Source: Gordius albopunctatus
Taxonomy: Eukaryota
NCBI GenBank assembly: GCA_964276515.1
Contig: OZ193909.1
Coordinates: 1,240,001 to 1,304,000, forward strand
Reading direction: 5' to 3'
DNA length: 64,000 bases
The first letter of the stretch is position 1; every line of letters begins with the position of its first letter. Below the pieces are notes generated by a model. The model searched no databases and was not told where the DNA came from. It saw nothing but the letters and a program-made list of their open reading frames with translations. Position numbers and translations under genes: made by a program. Positions 28,343-41,400 of this stretch are shown here, in pieces.

Positions 28343-30406
28343 ATGATGAAAAATTCAATTGCCTTACGGGTTTTGGGATTAATCCTTATTATTCGCACAA
28401 TTGGGTAAGTCTATTGCACAGTAAACCACAAAATGTGGGTCCTTAAAATTTATAATAAATATAATATATTTCAACCTAAATTTGTTATTAAAAAACCGAA
28501 TCTGTTTACATACAAAAATTAAATAAATCGATTGCATGCAATTGGTATTTTACTGTTTGAGAATGATTTTATTAAAAATTCCGTAACAAAAATCCAATAT
28601 TGTAGCCTGCGTTGAAATTAGAGGAGGGCAATAATTATTATTTAATGAGGGGCAAAATAATCATTTTTTGAAATTTTAGCCATAACTTTAATAAATTTAA
28701 ACAAAGTTTTGGATTTAGAGGGGGCAGATGCCCCTCCTTGCCTTTCCTGGCTATGCCCATGGCTTTATATTTAAGAAAATTTAAAATTTTGAGTTATTAA
28801 TGGCACAAATTAAAGAGATGGGGTTAATTTTTCCCATATAAAAAACATCCGCATCTTAATAACTGTAGTGTTGTCGTCTCGTCTCCTGTCCAAAAGTTGC
28901 GTAGCAAATGTAACTATTATAGAATTGAGACTTAACTCAAAAACGGGCAGGAGCCTCTGGCGTGTTTGGGGGCCATGTTTTATTATTATAAGTGGAAGTT
29001 AATCTAATTTTAAAAGGGAAAAACGTTGTAATAATCCTAGTTTATTAAGGCTAAGCAGCTAAATGATTTTAAATTAAATTTTATGGGTTCACTAAAATTC
29101 AAAACCAAAGCTTGGAAATGCATAGAGTTTTCTCCAACTACAAAATATTACTAAAAATGCAACTCGAATGTCCCAAAATCGAAAAATTTTTACCCTGCGG
29201 AATATTCCTGATAAATTTTTAAGGAATAAAACAAATAATTTATAATTTTTTACAGTTTGTTTTTTTATCATATGTAATCGTAATCCACTGTTGCTTAAAC
29301 GGCTGGGGGCTCTTTAGTCGACTAAACATAAACAGACCTAAGGGGTTTGACGCCAAAAAACCTTTTCTATGTTTATGCGACTAAGGAATTCTCTTAATAT
29401 CGGATTCAGATTCAAATGGCGCCAATTTATCTTTATCAAATATCCCGTGATTCAATTTCATGTGTAAGAAACTCGGTTGTAAGTATTAATATTTTGTTTT
29501 TTGATAGAGTTAAACCCCTTTTTTTTGTTTATTTAAACTCTTGATATTGAAAAATGTGAATCTGCTGTGAATTCGAAGTTAAGACAAGGCTATGTTATAA
29601 CCGGTCTAAAAATTTTTGTGGCTCAGCAAAATCCGATATTACTACAAGTCCTAAGAAAACCAGACCAAAAACCCGTTGGTCTGGTCATACATTGTCGACT
29701 AAAACCAAACCGAGTCGTTTTTAGAACGCTATGCAATAGTAAAAAATTATTTATAAATTGCGGATTAATAATGAATGATGTACTGTTGTTAGTCATGAAG
29801 ATTCAATAACTTTATAATTTTATCTATTACAGCAGAGTTTCTGCATTATCGTGCCCTTGCGTAAAGTATAAGGTAAAATGTAAGACCGACCCGCCTACAG
29901 ATTGCCAAGGTGGCCTAGTGCTGGATGGCTGTGGGTGTTGTCAAGTTTGTGGAAGGGTATCAAAATAAAAGTTATCATTTATCGCTCTCAATCCTTTGTG
30001 ATTTCCAACAAAAAATCACTAATTTTGTATTTAAAAAACCAGATTTTAATTAATTAAATTTAATTTTGATCATAATAGGTTTTGGGTGAAGTTTGTGAAG
30101 GCCCTGCTTATAGGAAATGTGACGAAGGATTGCTTTGTAACATGCTAAAGAAACCTAAAAATGGTAAAAATGAAGGAGTATGCATTGCCAGTAGACTTAA
30201 GGTTTAATATTAAAATAGAAAATATATAACAATTTAATTTAATTTTATATTTTATTTTTGTAATTTAGAATGAAGGGGAAAATTGTGGTTCTGAAAGATC
30301 TGGGGAATGTCAGAGCGGTCTGGATTGTGCGTGGGGATTTTGTGAAAACCCAAAATTAGCTATTATGAGAAATAAAAAACAATCAAGATTGAATTATTTC
30401 CAATGA
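28343..30406 (+). CDS. Secreted IGFBP-N-domain protein with extra half-domain (locus 3, intact)
   Basis: Exons 28343-28404, 29836-29956, 30079-30201, 30269-30406. Protein: MMKNSIALRVLGLILIIRTIG-VSALSCPCVKYKVKCKTDPPTDCQGGLVLDGCGCCQVCGR-VLGEVCEGPAYRKCDEGLLCNMLKKPKNGKNEGVCIASRLK-NEGENCGSERSGECQSGLDCAWGFCENPKLAIMRNKKQSRLNYFQ*. Confidence 0.9.
28604..28761. mobile_element. Representative of a dispersed MITE family (TIR approx. CATGGGCGTAGCCAG; core ggaattagagggggg...tttggatttagagggggcag)
   Basis: Related copies near 3960, 5590, 8162, 9481, 15739, 20352, 27165, 35058, 47870 and 58545. Confidence 0.7.
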
Positions 30407-31049
30407 TTATTTATAAAAGTTTTTCAAATGTTTTACTTTTACCAAATCTTTTTGTTATATTTATTTAATGTCTAATTATTAATAAATCAAGATATGTGTA
30501 CTTTAGATATAGTTATTATTTGAAAAAGGTAAAAATCCTTATAGGATTCTAGTACACCCCAGAATTTTCTTAATATTTTCTATATTAAAAAGAAAAATGT
30601 TTATATTTCGAAATAATTTAATCAAGTATTATTATCAACAAAATACATGTATTTACACAATCCTTGTCTCCATCTAAAGTCATTAATAAATTCGCAATTT
30701 AAAAAATACCAATTACAATATTAACTTTTAATGAAAAGTAGGCTTAAATTAAAGAACGTGCCACAATTTGTAAATAAATCACGCTTAAAAAACAATCCAT
30801 TTGTCTTTAATATAAGTTTATTTTTTTCCACCCTAATAAATTATTGGAAATCAATACATTATAAAATGAAAAATTCACTCACCTTGTTGGTTTTTGGATT
30901 ATATTTTTATATTCATATAATTAATTAAGACTATAATTATTTCTTACAAAATCTTTGAAACTTTAGTCTAATTTTGGGTGTGTCAATTTTTAACCTAAAA
31001 AATCATTCGTCATATGGTGGAGCTTAGTAAGTATACCCCAAGCTCCACT

Positions 31050-32750
31050 GTATCATTTTCATCTGGGTGGCTTGTAATCGCTCTTTTCTTCCGTCGCGTT
31101 TAATTCCCATGTTTCACTTCCATAGAGTAACACCGGTCTTACGATGGATTTGTGAGTTTTGCTCTTCAACCATATTGGCATCTTCTTGTTCCAAAATTCC
31201 ATTCTTTTAGGATCTGGTCATTAACTTCTGTTGCGCAACCTCCCTCTTGATGTAGCATTGAGTATGTAAACTCATCTGTTTTTGGGTACTTTAGATGGTG
31301 ATCCCGCGATCAGCGTCTGTAACGTTCACCTTCATGTATACCCTTTTTCAATTCTTCACCTTCAACCCGTAGCCAGCTAAGCGCTTTGACCACTTTTTGG
31401 CATCTTCGAATACTTTCTCCTTTATCTCTTAGCATAGTACTATATCATGGGCATATAGCATACAACCAGGGGATCGCTTTTGAATATCCCTCGTTATCGT
31501 GTCTATAATTATATTAAATAGAAAGGGACTTAAAGCAGATCCTTGATGTAATCCAATTTTAACCCAAAAAAGTTTAGAGTCTCCAACTGTCTAACGCAAG
31601 AGTTTGAGGCTTCATAAATATTTTTCATAAGGTATTATGCGTCAGGGATATTTTATTTTTTCACGGACCATCATATTAAATCGCAAAGGACCGTTTCATA
31701 AGATTTAATTAAGTTGATACAAATAATATGCAGATTTATTCTATTTTCCCACGATTTATCCATCATTCTTAAGTGCGAAGATTGGCTCAGTTGTGGATTT
31801 ACCGGCCACAAATCCGAATTGGTCAGACTATATTTCCACCTCGGTTTTCGGTATTGTCACTAAGATCCTTTCCGTGAGCTTTAAGAAGGGGCACGTTGTT
31901 ACCTCCGTAATTTCCACATTCCTAACGGTCTCCTTTGCTCTTGAATAAGGGTATAATCCTGCTTGCTCTCCATTGATTAGGAATTCGCTCTTCTAACAAT
32001 ATCTTATTAACGTTTGTCATGGGCGTGACTCCTTCTTCACGCCATCCGAGCGATGCTTCCTATTCCATCTCCATTAGCTTTTTGCGTTTACATTGTGTTT
32101 ATTTGTGTCCAAAATCTAGTGAAGGGAATCTTCGTCATTTGCAGCATTCACAAGTTCCTTGAAATAATATCCTTCCCATCATCTCCTTTGGCTTTAATAA
32201 TGTTTGACTCTTCTCGTTTTGGACTATATTAAGCACTCCAAATCACCACTTTTATTCTCCCTTATCTTGGCCAATTCGTATATAAGCCCGTCGCCTCATT
32301 TAATATCAAACCAGAATTATTAGCTATTGCTGCAACGGCCTTCCTCGCGGCTCTCTCACTTGATGATCCTCCAACTTTTTAGATTTATTCCTCCGTCTAT
32401 ATAAATTTTCCTTTCTTTCCCTAACCGATTGATCCCACCACCTTAGTTCCCTATTCATAGTCTTGCCTCCTTTGGTCTGTCCTATAACCGACCAATGTCA
32501 CCTTTATGTCCGCAGTTAAGGTTTCCTTCTCCATCTTTACTCCTCGTTAGAACCTCTTTGTACCAAAATGTCAGGAGGGTCTTTGATATAATTATTTCGT
32601 CGACGTATCCTTTAGCATTTCGCATCGAATTCGGGGTTTAAACCTTTCTTTATGTTGTGGAAGTTTCTTATTCGCATACCATACGCGTCTCCCCTCACAT
32701 CTCTCTCTCGCCTCGCTGTGTTATACGCGTACCACTAATGCCAGCTGCGC
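31050..32750 (-). mobile_element. Heavily degraded RTE-like LINE in intron 1 of locus 4
   Basis: Minus-strand remnants: GLHQGSALSPFLFNIIIDTITRDIQ..PGCMLYAHDIVL, DQFGFVAGKSTTEPIFALK, and W-N-K-K-M-P near the 3' end. Many stops and frameshifts. Confidence 0.8.
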
Positions 32751-33589
32751 TGGCAGGTCATGCGTAGATGATCGTACTTGATAATTAATAGTTTTAGTTT
32801 CTTTGTTCGCGTGTAATTTCTCGATAAATATAATTATTATTCTTCGCGCGCGATATTATCGAATAAATACTTGGTATTTATAAATTAAAAGGTGATAAAA
32901 AATAGTAATATAATTTGTTATTTTATGTTTAAAAAGTAAATATTTAATATTAATGTAATTGGGGTTCTTTCTTTTGTTTTATCTTCTATTAATTCAGGAG
33001 ATATTTTTCTCTCGAAATCCATAACAAGCGGAAGATATTGCCTGGCAATTCCTTCTCTTGGTATCACTTTGATCCTCCATGAAGCTTTCGCCTCATGAGC
33101 AAATAGTGAATTTAACTAAAATGCTTTACACTTTTATAAGTCACAATATGATCTTCGAGTTTTAAAAGTATGCCTGTTTTACATTCTTAACAACAAAAAG
33201 TTTCACCAAAATCAATAACCTAATTATAATGAATTAGTGAAAAAAACTTTAATTCCATTTTAATTTTTAAATAGAATATTTATTCAAAAAAGACATCTTG
33301 TAGTAGAAAAAGAACAACGTATGGAAAATGTTGAAAATCTATAGCACATAATTTATTCTTATTTAAAAATGTTAAGGAATGAAAAATTTTTTCCTTTTAT
33401 TTATTTATAAGTTCATAGTTTATAATTATTTATTCTAGAGTGTCTGCATCATCGTGCCCTTGCGTATGGCGAAATCCGGAATGTACTAAAGCTCCAAAGG
33501 AGGCCTAATGCTGGATAGTTGCGGGTGTTTTCAAGGTTGTGGAAGGCTAACAAAATAAAACATATCACATTTATCATTTATTAAAAGAT

Positions 33590-33790
33590 CACTCTTCTTC
33601 CTTATTAAGTATTCTCCCACAGCTGTGGCGTTCGTTTTGATGAGTTTCTTCCATCTTGATTGGGTAAGTGCCATCATGTCTTAATTAATCTCCTTAATTT
33701 TCATAACTTTGTCGACTTGTCCTTTTCACCTGACACGAGGTTGTCCTCTTCCTCTCTTACCCCCGGAAGTATATGACCACACTACCATAG
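33590..33790 (-). mobile_element. Short 3' fragment of an RTE-like LINE in intron 2 of locus 4
   Basis: Minus strand reads GKRGRGQPRVR, followed by a GAAGAAGAG-type tail; absent from the paralogous introns. Confidence 0.6.
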
Positions 33791-34789
33791 CCGATTTTCC
33801 TTGAATTCACTATAATTAAAACTACTTTATTTTATCTTAATTTTTATTGGTTTCGAAACTAAATTTAATTTTGATCACAATAGGTTTTGGGTGAAGATTG
33901 TGGAAACCCTGCTTACAGATCTTGTGATGAAGGATTGCTTTATAACATACCGATTGAGACTAGATCAGAAGGAAAAGCGACATGTATAGCCGTTCGACTT
34001 AAGGTTTATTTCAAAAATATAACAATTTACTTTTGTTATATTTCATAAATATTATTTTTGCAATTTAGAAAGCGGGAGAAAATTGTAATTGTGAGAAATA
34101 TGGGAAATGCTATAGGGCTCTCCTTTGTAGGAGGGTAACTTGTGAAAACCGAAAATCAAGCTACGATAGGAAATGAAAGGACAATTCGGATTGCATTATT
34201 TCCAATGATTATATTTGCGAAAGCCATTCAAATGTTTTACTTTTACCAAATGTTTTCGTTATATTTATTTATAGTCTCACTATTAATATAACATATACAT
34301 AGTTATTTTTGAATAAAGTTAATATTCCTATAGATTTCTAGTACATCCCAAAATTATTTTTAGTAAACAACATAATTTGCTATAAATAATTTCAAATTTA
34401 ATGTTTTTTTTGCAAAGTTTTTGAAACCGTTTAAAATGCCTGTTTTTGCCTATCATCATAAACACTAGCGAATTGACAATAAATTTTTGGACCCATCAGT
34501 GGTGGTTTAGCTATAAAAAATGTTGGGCCGAACGAGGACTCAGGTCCGAGCCAAAAATAATAAAAGAATTTCCGCCGCGGGCAAATAAATTGAGTAATAT
34601 TATATTAAAGATAAGTAACTATACTATTACAGTTACATTTTTTCCAAAGTAACTGAATACAGTTCCAGTTACTCAACTGATGGAACTAATTAAATTACTA
34701 GTAACTCGGGTAAATTAAAAAAAAAACAATATCTTTTAAATATATATTACTTTATTCACATATTAGAATGAAAATCACAAGTTAATATA

Positions 34790-34925
34790 TAGTGTTCAAT
34801 AAAACGTTATATTCTAAATTATCGTCTAATAAGCTTGTCCGCTGTGCACTAAATGTTAGTTTACCAAGACTAAATAGGCGCTCGATTGGGGCTGGATGGT
34901 AGGGGTACATTGAATTTAATATATA
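34790..34925 (-). mobile_element. hAT transposase dimerisation-domain remnant
   Basis: Minus strand reads approximately NVPLPSSPIERLFSLGKLTFSAQRTSLLDDNLE; flanked by gtaac/gttac-rich sequence. Confidence 0.6.
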
Positions 34926-35389
34926 TTTTTAAAAGATTCAAATTTGGTAAGTGAATATTTACTACACTCACGCAATTGCCGAACAATTGAGTTAATTTCC
35001 TTTGAAAGGCCGGAATTGGTATAATTTATGATGTGGAAATGAAATTAACGGGTAAGTATGGGAGCAGCCAGCATTGGAATTAGAAGGAGGGGGCAATAAT
35101 CATCTAAGGAGAGGGAAAATGAACATTTTTTGCAATTTTAGCCATAATTTTATATATTTCAACAATTTTTTGGATTTAGAGGGGGGGGCCACCCCTCTCT
35201 GGCCCCCCCCCCCTCTTGGCTACGCGAATGCCTCTGTTCTTCAAGCATATTTAGTATCTCTAAGAAATAAAAGAAATTTTTGCTTGGCAAGGATCCCAAA
35301 TATAGGGTTCTCTCCTTTCCCGATTACTTTTCTGAAGAAAGGAAACTAATTCCAGGAACTAGTTACGCTTAACTTGTAACTTAAAGGCT

Positions 35390-36420
35390 CTACGAAGGGG
35401 TTATGCTGTTGTAAAGTTTTGCTAAGAACTTTCATGGTGGAGTAGATTTTTACAGCCGATTTCCGACCTCTCACCTTCTTCTTTTTGCACACAGACTTGG
35501 GATCGTCTTAGATAGTATTATTTCATCTTGCAAATCCGTACAAAATACCATTTTTAAGCGTATCCTGTTAAAGAAAACCCGCTTTTACCCATTGCTTTAG
35601 CTATTTGGGAAAACAATACCAATCCCGGAACACCTTTGCCACAAACCTCACGACAAAGAGATTGGGATACCGGACTTGAGTTGCGCTCCGTTGATTATCT
35701 AATTTTGAGTAGCGATGCAAGTCAATGTTATAATTTATGGTCGTTTTTGTTTGATGGCTCAGGTCACGAATGGCTAGAAGTCCACCCAAGCTGTCTCACC
35801 GGGATGATGCTGGAGGACTCGGAACCTTCGTACTCCATAGCTCTCAGGCTAGGGGTGAAATTTTCAAAGCCATTCACTTACCGAAATTGCAGCACACTCG
35901 AAGACGAACAAGCCAGGCATCCCTTACACTGCCTGTCAAACAAATTCAAATATGTTAAACACAATAAGCCCAATGCCTTAATTCAAAGTGCACTGAAGAG
36001 AGCAAATATCCCATCCATCTTGGAGCCATCGGACTCCTCCCTGGAGAGACGTATGCGTCCTGATGGATCTTCTTTAGTCCCATGGAGCAATGGTCTTCAC
36101 CTTAAATGAGACTTCATGTGTATTGACCTATTTGCCCCCTCTAACTACAACAATGATTCTTTAGCTGTCGCAGAGGGGCGGAAAACTATTGAATACAAAG
36201 ACCTAGCATCCTCAAACATTTTTATTCCATTGGTTGCTTCGTGTTCAGGAACCTTTGGCAAACAGGCATTAGCTTTTTTTAAAGAGGTAGGAAGACTTTC
36301 TCCCCCGTCTAAACATTCGGTATCCTTTTTACTGGAACAACGACTTGGTATTCTTATAGCCAAGTACAATTTTAAATCGTTCGCGGATTCTTGGTCAATT
36401 TTGGAAGATCCCCTCGATGA
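35390..36420 (+). mobile_element. 3' part of a CRE-like (restriction-like endonuclease) non-LTR retrotransposon, degraded
   Basis: WL..P....LRLG, decayed CCHC knuckle (NC..RHPLHC..KH), EP...RPDG..VPWSNG, D..C, AEGRK..Y and FIPL...G.FG motifs. In-frame stop at 36107-36109. Confidence 0.75.
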
Positions 36421-36759
36421 TGATATATCAGAAGAGTGTATAAATATAAGCAACTTAAAGAAGGTGCAATACCTACAATTTTTAATTTACCAGAGCATCT
36501 TCAAAAAGTATTATTAAATCAATTATTATAAATTATACAATTTTAGAAACCTTCAAATTCTTTAGTCAATCCACTTAGAGATTTAACAAATGAATTATCC
36601 ACAAAAAGAAAAGAACTCTCAAAACTGCCCTTAAACAACCTTGACAAGGACAATACTTTTATTAAGAAAAAGGCAATGACTACTAGCAAGTTAGCTCCTC
36701 AAAATCTAAAATTGAATTAAGCACCATCAAACAACTAAGAATCTCTAATAGGAGGTTTA

Positions 36760-37040
36760 ACATTCAGCAAGTGCATACAGATACCTTAGGAATATTATAT
36801 ACTTCCCTTCAGAATCATCATTAAGAAGGTGGACCATTTGTCTTGATGTTAATCCTGGTAAATACTATAATGAGTTGATAATATTTTTAGGGTTCTTAAA
36901 ATTTTCTATTGAGAAAATCAAATATCTTATTTTGAAATCCAAATCACCTGTATATGTATCACTATCTTTAGATGAAATGGCTCTCTGAAAGTATATCCGG
37001 TGGGATGGCAAACAATATCATGGGTATTTTTTTGGTAGAA
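36760..37040 (+). mobile_element. P-element/THAP9-like transposase relic
   Basis: SASAYRYLRNIIYFPSESSLRRW..DVNPG, then SLSLDEMAL*KYIRWDGKQYHGY, matching the characteristic DEM motif region. Confidence 0.7.
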
Positions 37041-38408
37041 TTAGTCTATGCTTAATATAATTGGCATCTCTCTTTTTGATGATTTGTCTCAACATATATT
37101 GGAGCAAGATAGTTTGTCATCCCTTTTTTATATATTAATTAAACTTATTATATGTAAATACCTAAAAATATTATTTCATAGCAATTTGCAATCAAACTTT
37201 AAAATTAAAAATTCATATCATAGGGGAATAATATATTTTACGATGTGATTATTTACAATCTTCTCTTAAATAGGTTATATTTTTTTATTATAATATTCAA
37301 CGAAGTATAGGTGGCGTTAAAACTAAAGTTACTTAATTTTATTAAATTAGTGTTTTTTATTGACAATTTCTTAGTATTTTTATCGTTAAATCTTGACTAA
37401 CGGTATATTATTAGTAAATAATAGTTTGTTTTAATTATATATTACGATTTCAGTTGTAGAATCATAAAAATATATAATAAATTTCATATGTTAATAGAGG
37501 GTATATGTGATTACCATTCTCTAGCACTATAAAAGTCTTCTCATCATTTCACTTCACCTAAGGTACATTAACTTATTATCATGCATATTTACACACAGGA
37601 ATAAAATCACACGTTAGCAATAACGTGGCCTTATGCGCCATTTGGCGTGAGAAGGGGCTCAACCTTAGATTGCACTTACTTAGTGGGCGTCTTCGGGGCA
37701 AAAAATACATACATACATACTTATTAAAATGGCGGTTAACGAGGCAACACTTTTACCTAGAGGATGAGCAGTCTATCTAGTCTATGATTACAAGAGAATA
37801 TGAAATATAACGTTTTATTGAACACTACTACATACATATTAACCTGTGATTCCTATTGGTATTGCTTTAAATGGTAACTAGTTTGATCAGTTATGTAACT
37901 GGATCTGTGTATTCAGTTACTTTGGAAAAAATGTTACTATATTAGTAATTAGTTATCTTTAATATGGTTACTACAGCCCTGAAAAATGTGTTCTTTTTGG
38001 TGTAAGGTAAATTTTTTTGTTTGGCCGTGGCGGAAATTCTTTTATTATTTTTTGGCTCGGAACTGAGTCCTCGTTCGGCCCAACATTTTTTATAACTAAA
38101 CTACCACTGATGGCTCAAGTAATTTTATTTGTCTATTCGCTAGTGCTTATCATCGACAAAAACATGCTCTTGAAACGGTTTCCAAATTTCAGCCTTAAAA
38201 CCTTAAATTTAAAATTATTTATGAAAAATAAAAATACCTCAAAGTTTTAAGAATTATGGGATGTGCTAGTGATCTCCAGGAATTTTTACTTTATTCAGAA
38301 TATAACTAATTAAACTATATCATGATTTATTCATAGTGAGACATTAAATACATATAATTAAAATATTTGGTACAAAGTAAAACATTCAAATCCCTTTCGT
38401 AAATATAA

Positions 38409-41400
38409 TCATTGGGAATAATTCAATCTAGATTGTTTTTTATTTCTCATAATAGCTGATTTTGGGTTTTCACAAAATTCCATCCTACAATGCAGACCGC
38501 TTTGGCATGTCCCAGATGTAACACCACAATTTTCCCCATCATTCTAAATTACAAAAATTATAGTATTTATAAAATTAAAGCAAATTATCACATATTTTTT
38601 AATTTTAATAATAAACCTTAAGTCGATTGGCAATGCATATTCCATCTCCTGTATATATAGGCTTTTTTACCATGTTACAAAGCAGACCTTTGTCACATTT
38701 CATAAAAGCAGGGCCTTCACAATCTTCACCAAAAACCTATTATGATCAAAATTAAATTTTGAAATTAAGTTTATTTATAGTAAATTAGTGATTTTTTGTT
38801 GGAAATCACAAAGGATTGAGAGCGATAAATGATAACTTTTATTTTGATACCCTTCCACAAACTTCACAACACCCACAACCATCCAGCACTAGGCCACCTT
38901 GGCAATCTGTAGGCGGAGTGGTAGTACATTTTACCTTATACCCTACGCAAGGGCACGATAATGCAGACACTCTTTAATAAACAAAATAATAAACTTTTGT
39001 ACCTATATTTTTGGATAAAAATGTTTTTTTCTTCTAAAATGTTAAGTGACAATAGCGTAAAAATAATAAAAGACGAAAGGTAAAATTCCAACAAATATTT
39101 ATTTTTATTAAACATACAATAAATAAAAAAAATTCCAATAGCTGTTGTTTGCCACACTAAGGTGGTCAGCTTCTTTAGATATTTTGGATAAGGGGTGATG
39201 CTCAGCTATCCAGGCCTGACTGCCGTGGTGACGATGTGATCTTTGATCTTTTTTGAAATAAGTGCCAGAGGCGGGATTGAACCTGCGAGCTCTTGCTTCT
39301 AAGACTAAAACTCTATCCACTACGCCGCGTTTCAATTTTTTCTCCGCTCTTCATAAATGGGGCCCGATGACGAAAAACACCTCTAACTCGAGGAGGCAGA
39401 TGAAGCAGGTGTCGAAAAAATCTTACAAACAAGGGTGCTAAGCGCTGGAAATTGAACACTCCTGTCTTTCCACCATTCCAATCATTCTATTTTTTCTCGT
39501 TTGCTCTTTAACTTTATGTAGGTGTCAACTAATGTTTTCTCTTCGTCTTTCTTCATAGAAGATGTTTCATGCCACAAACTCAGAGTTGTTCGAGTGCGCG
39601 CACTTTTTCATAACTAAGAGCGAGTGCGGGTGCGCAATTGCGCTCCTGCTTTGCGCACATTAAGAGTTTTACAATTTCTTAATTTATTCGAAATTGCATT
39701 ATATCGCATATTTCACAAATTAAATTTCTACTGATTTACTATATATAATAACATACATGTATGTTCCTGGTGGAGAAGATAACAAGGCGGGAAATTGGTT
39801 ACTATCGATAGACAATAAAAATAATATAACCGCGATATTTCACATTATTTACGTATTTACTTTATCAATCAACGATTAATCTTTACACTTTTGAACTCGT
39901 GGCTTAATAAATAAACTATAGAAAAACACTAAAAAAATTGAAGTTGAAGTTTAATAAGATTAGAAGATTAAAAACACAGACAGGTAATTTGATTAAAGAA
40001 TTACAAAAAAAAATATTTAAATAATGATGATATATTAAATTCAGCGTTTTTTGGAATATTGTCCTCTCCCGTTTCTATCTTAATATTTCAAACACTTTTA
40101 AACCTATCTTTGCCGTCGTAAGTTTAATCACATATAATAATCTAATTACAATTAACTTTCATTAAAATATATTAAATTAGTTAATTACTTTTAATTATTA
40201 ATTTGTATAATTGTATTGGTTGTCATAGTACTCCTTATGCAATTTTTTACTCTTTTCTTTTCTCACTGCTTATATATAACACCTTAATATGAAAGTGAGT
40301 TATGGAATATTTTATTGTATATCGATTATTTTTATAATTATAATAAATTCACTAGTTTTTTGCATTAGACAAAATAAAGGTTATGCATTGAAAATTACTC
40401 TATATTTTGTTTTGTTATTAGTGATGGGAAAACGCTTAGCACTAGCGCGCTCAGCACCTCCCCGCTGATGGGAATAGCCTATTAAATACGCTATGTCTAC
40501 TAGCACATAGTCACTTTAAGTGGTATAAGCTATAGGAGATGGGAGGTTTGAGGCGCTAAAGCTATAGCCGATAGCACTTAAATGTGCTAGAGCTATAGCA
40601 CGGCGCTAACATTGATAATAATAATTTAAATGAAAACAATAGAGTATAATATGAACTTGTGCGTACTCACTCATGTTATTGTATTTTAATATTTAATAAA
40701 CAATTTAAAAAACTGTTCTCATTGTTAGCGCCTAGCTTTATCTCCTTAAAAAAGCTATTTCCCCATCACTATTTGTTATAGTGCAATCAAATTTTATGTG
40801 TGGGTGCGAATGCGCGCACCTTTGTTATAACTGGTGCGAGTGCGCGCACAGGATTTTGAAGTGCGTTTGACAACTCTCGAACTAAAACCTTGAAACGATG
40901 CACCACCTAGTTCAGCATATGAGCTGAACAATTAAGCCTTCTCTCATTTGAAAGGCTTTGATCATGTTACTGCCTTGATCCATAACTAAGATCAGATCTG
41001 AAGATTGTTTGTGGGTGTAATCTTGAGACCATTTCATAATACCCCTATACATTATATAATACAAAGAAATTTATTTAGCAATTCTTTCTTCCTTATACTT
41101 TCTCCGGTTTTCTTTTCTTAACCAAACTTGCTCGTGAACAGCTGACAATCTTGTAAAGTTTTCAGCATTTGACATAGTGTAGTAGTGTCCATTTTATTAT
41201 GTAATTGTTTTTTTGATAGCAATCATGCCACATATCTGCTGTGCCTTACAACAATTAGACTGTGATTCAAAATTTCATACCTGAACAGTGTTCCTCTGAA
41301 AAGACATTGAAAATAGGTGGGAAATATCTTATTTCTTACATGTTCCATTAATATCCTAAGCATTAACAATGCCATGTAAAGATCGTAATATTATTAAATG

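Larger units (their letters stand above)
30866..34176 (+). pseudogene. IGFBP-domain pseudogene (locus 4), tandem duplicate of locus 3
   Basis: Exon 1 MKNSLTLLVFGLYFYIHII has its donor GT changed to TT. Exon 2 (33439 onward) has a frameshifting deletion, an early TAA and a Cys-to-Phe change. Exon 3 (33884 onward) has Cys-to-Tyr. Exon 4 at 34069-34176. Confidence 0.82.
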
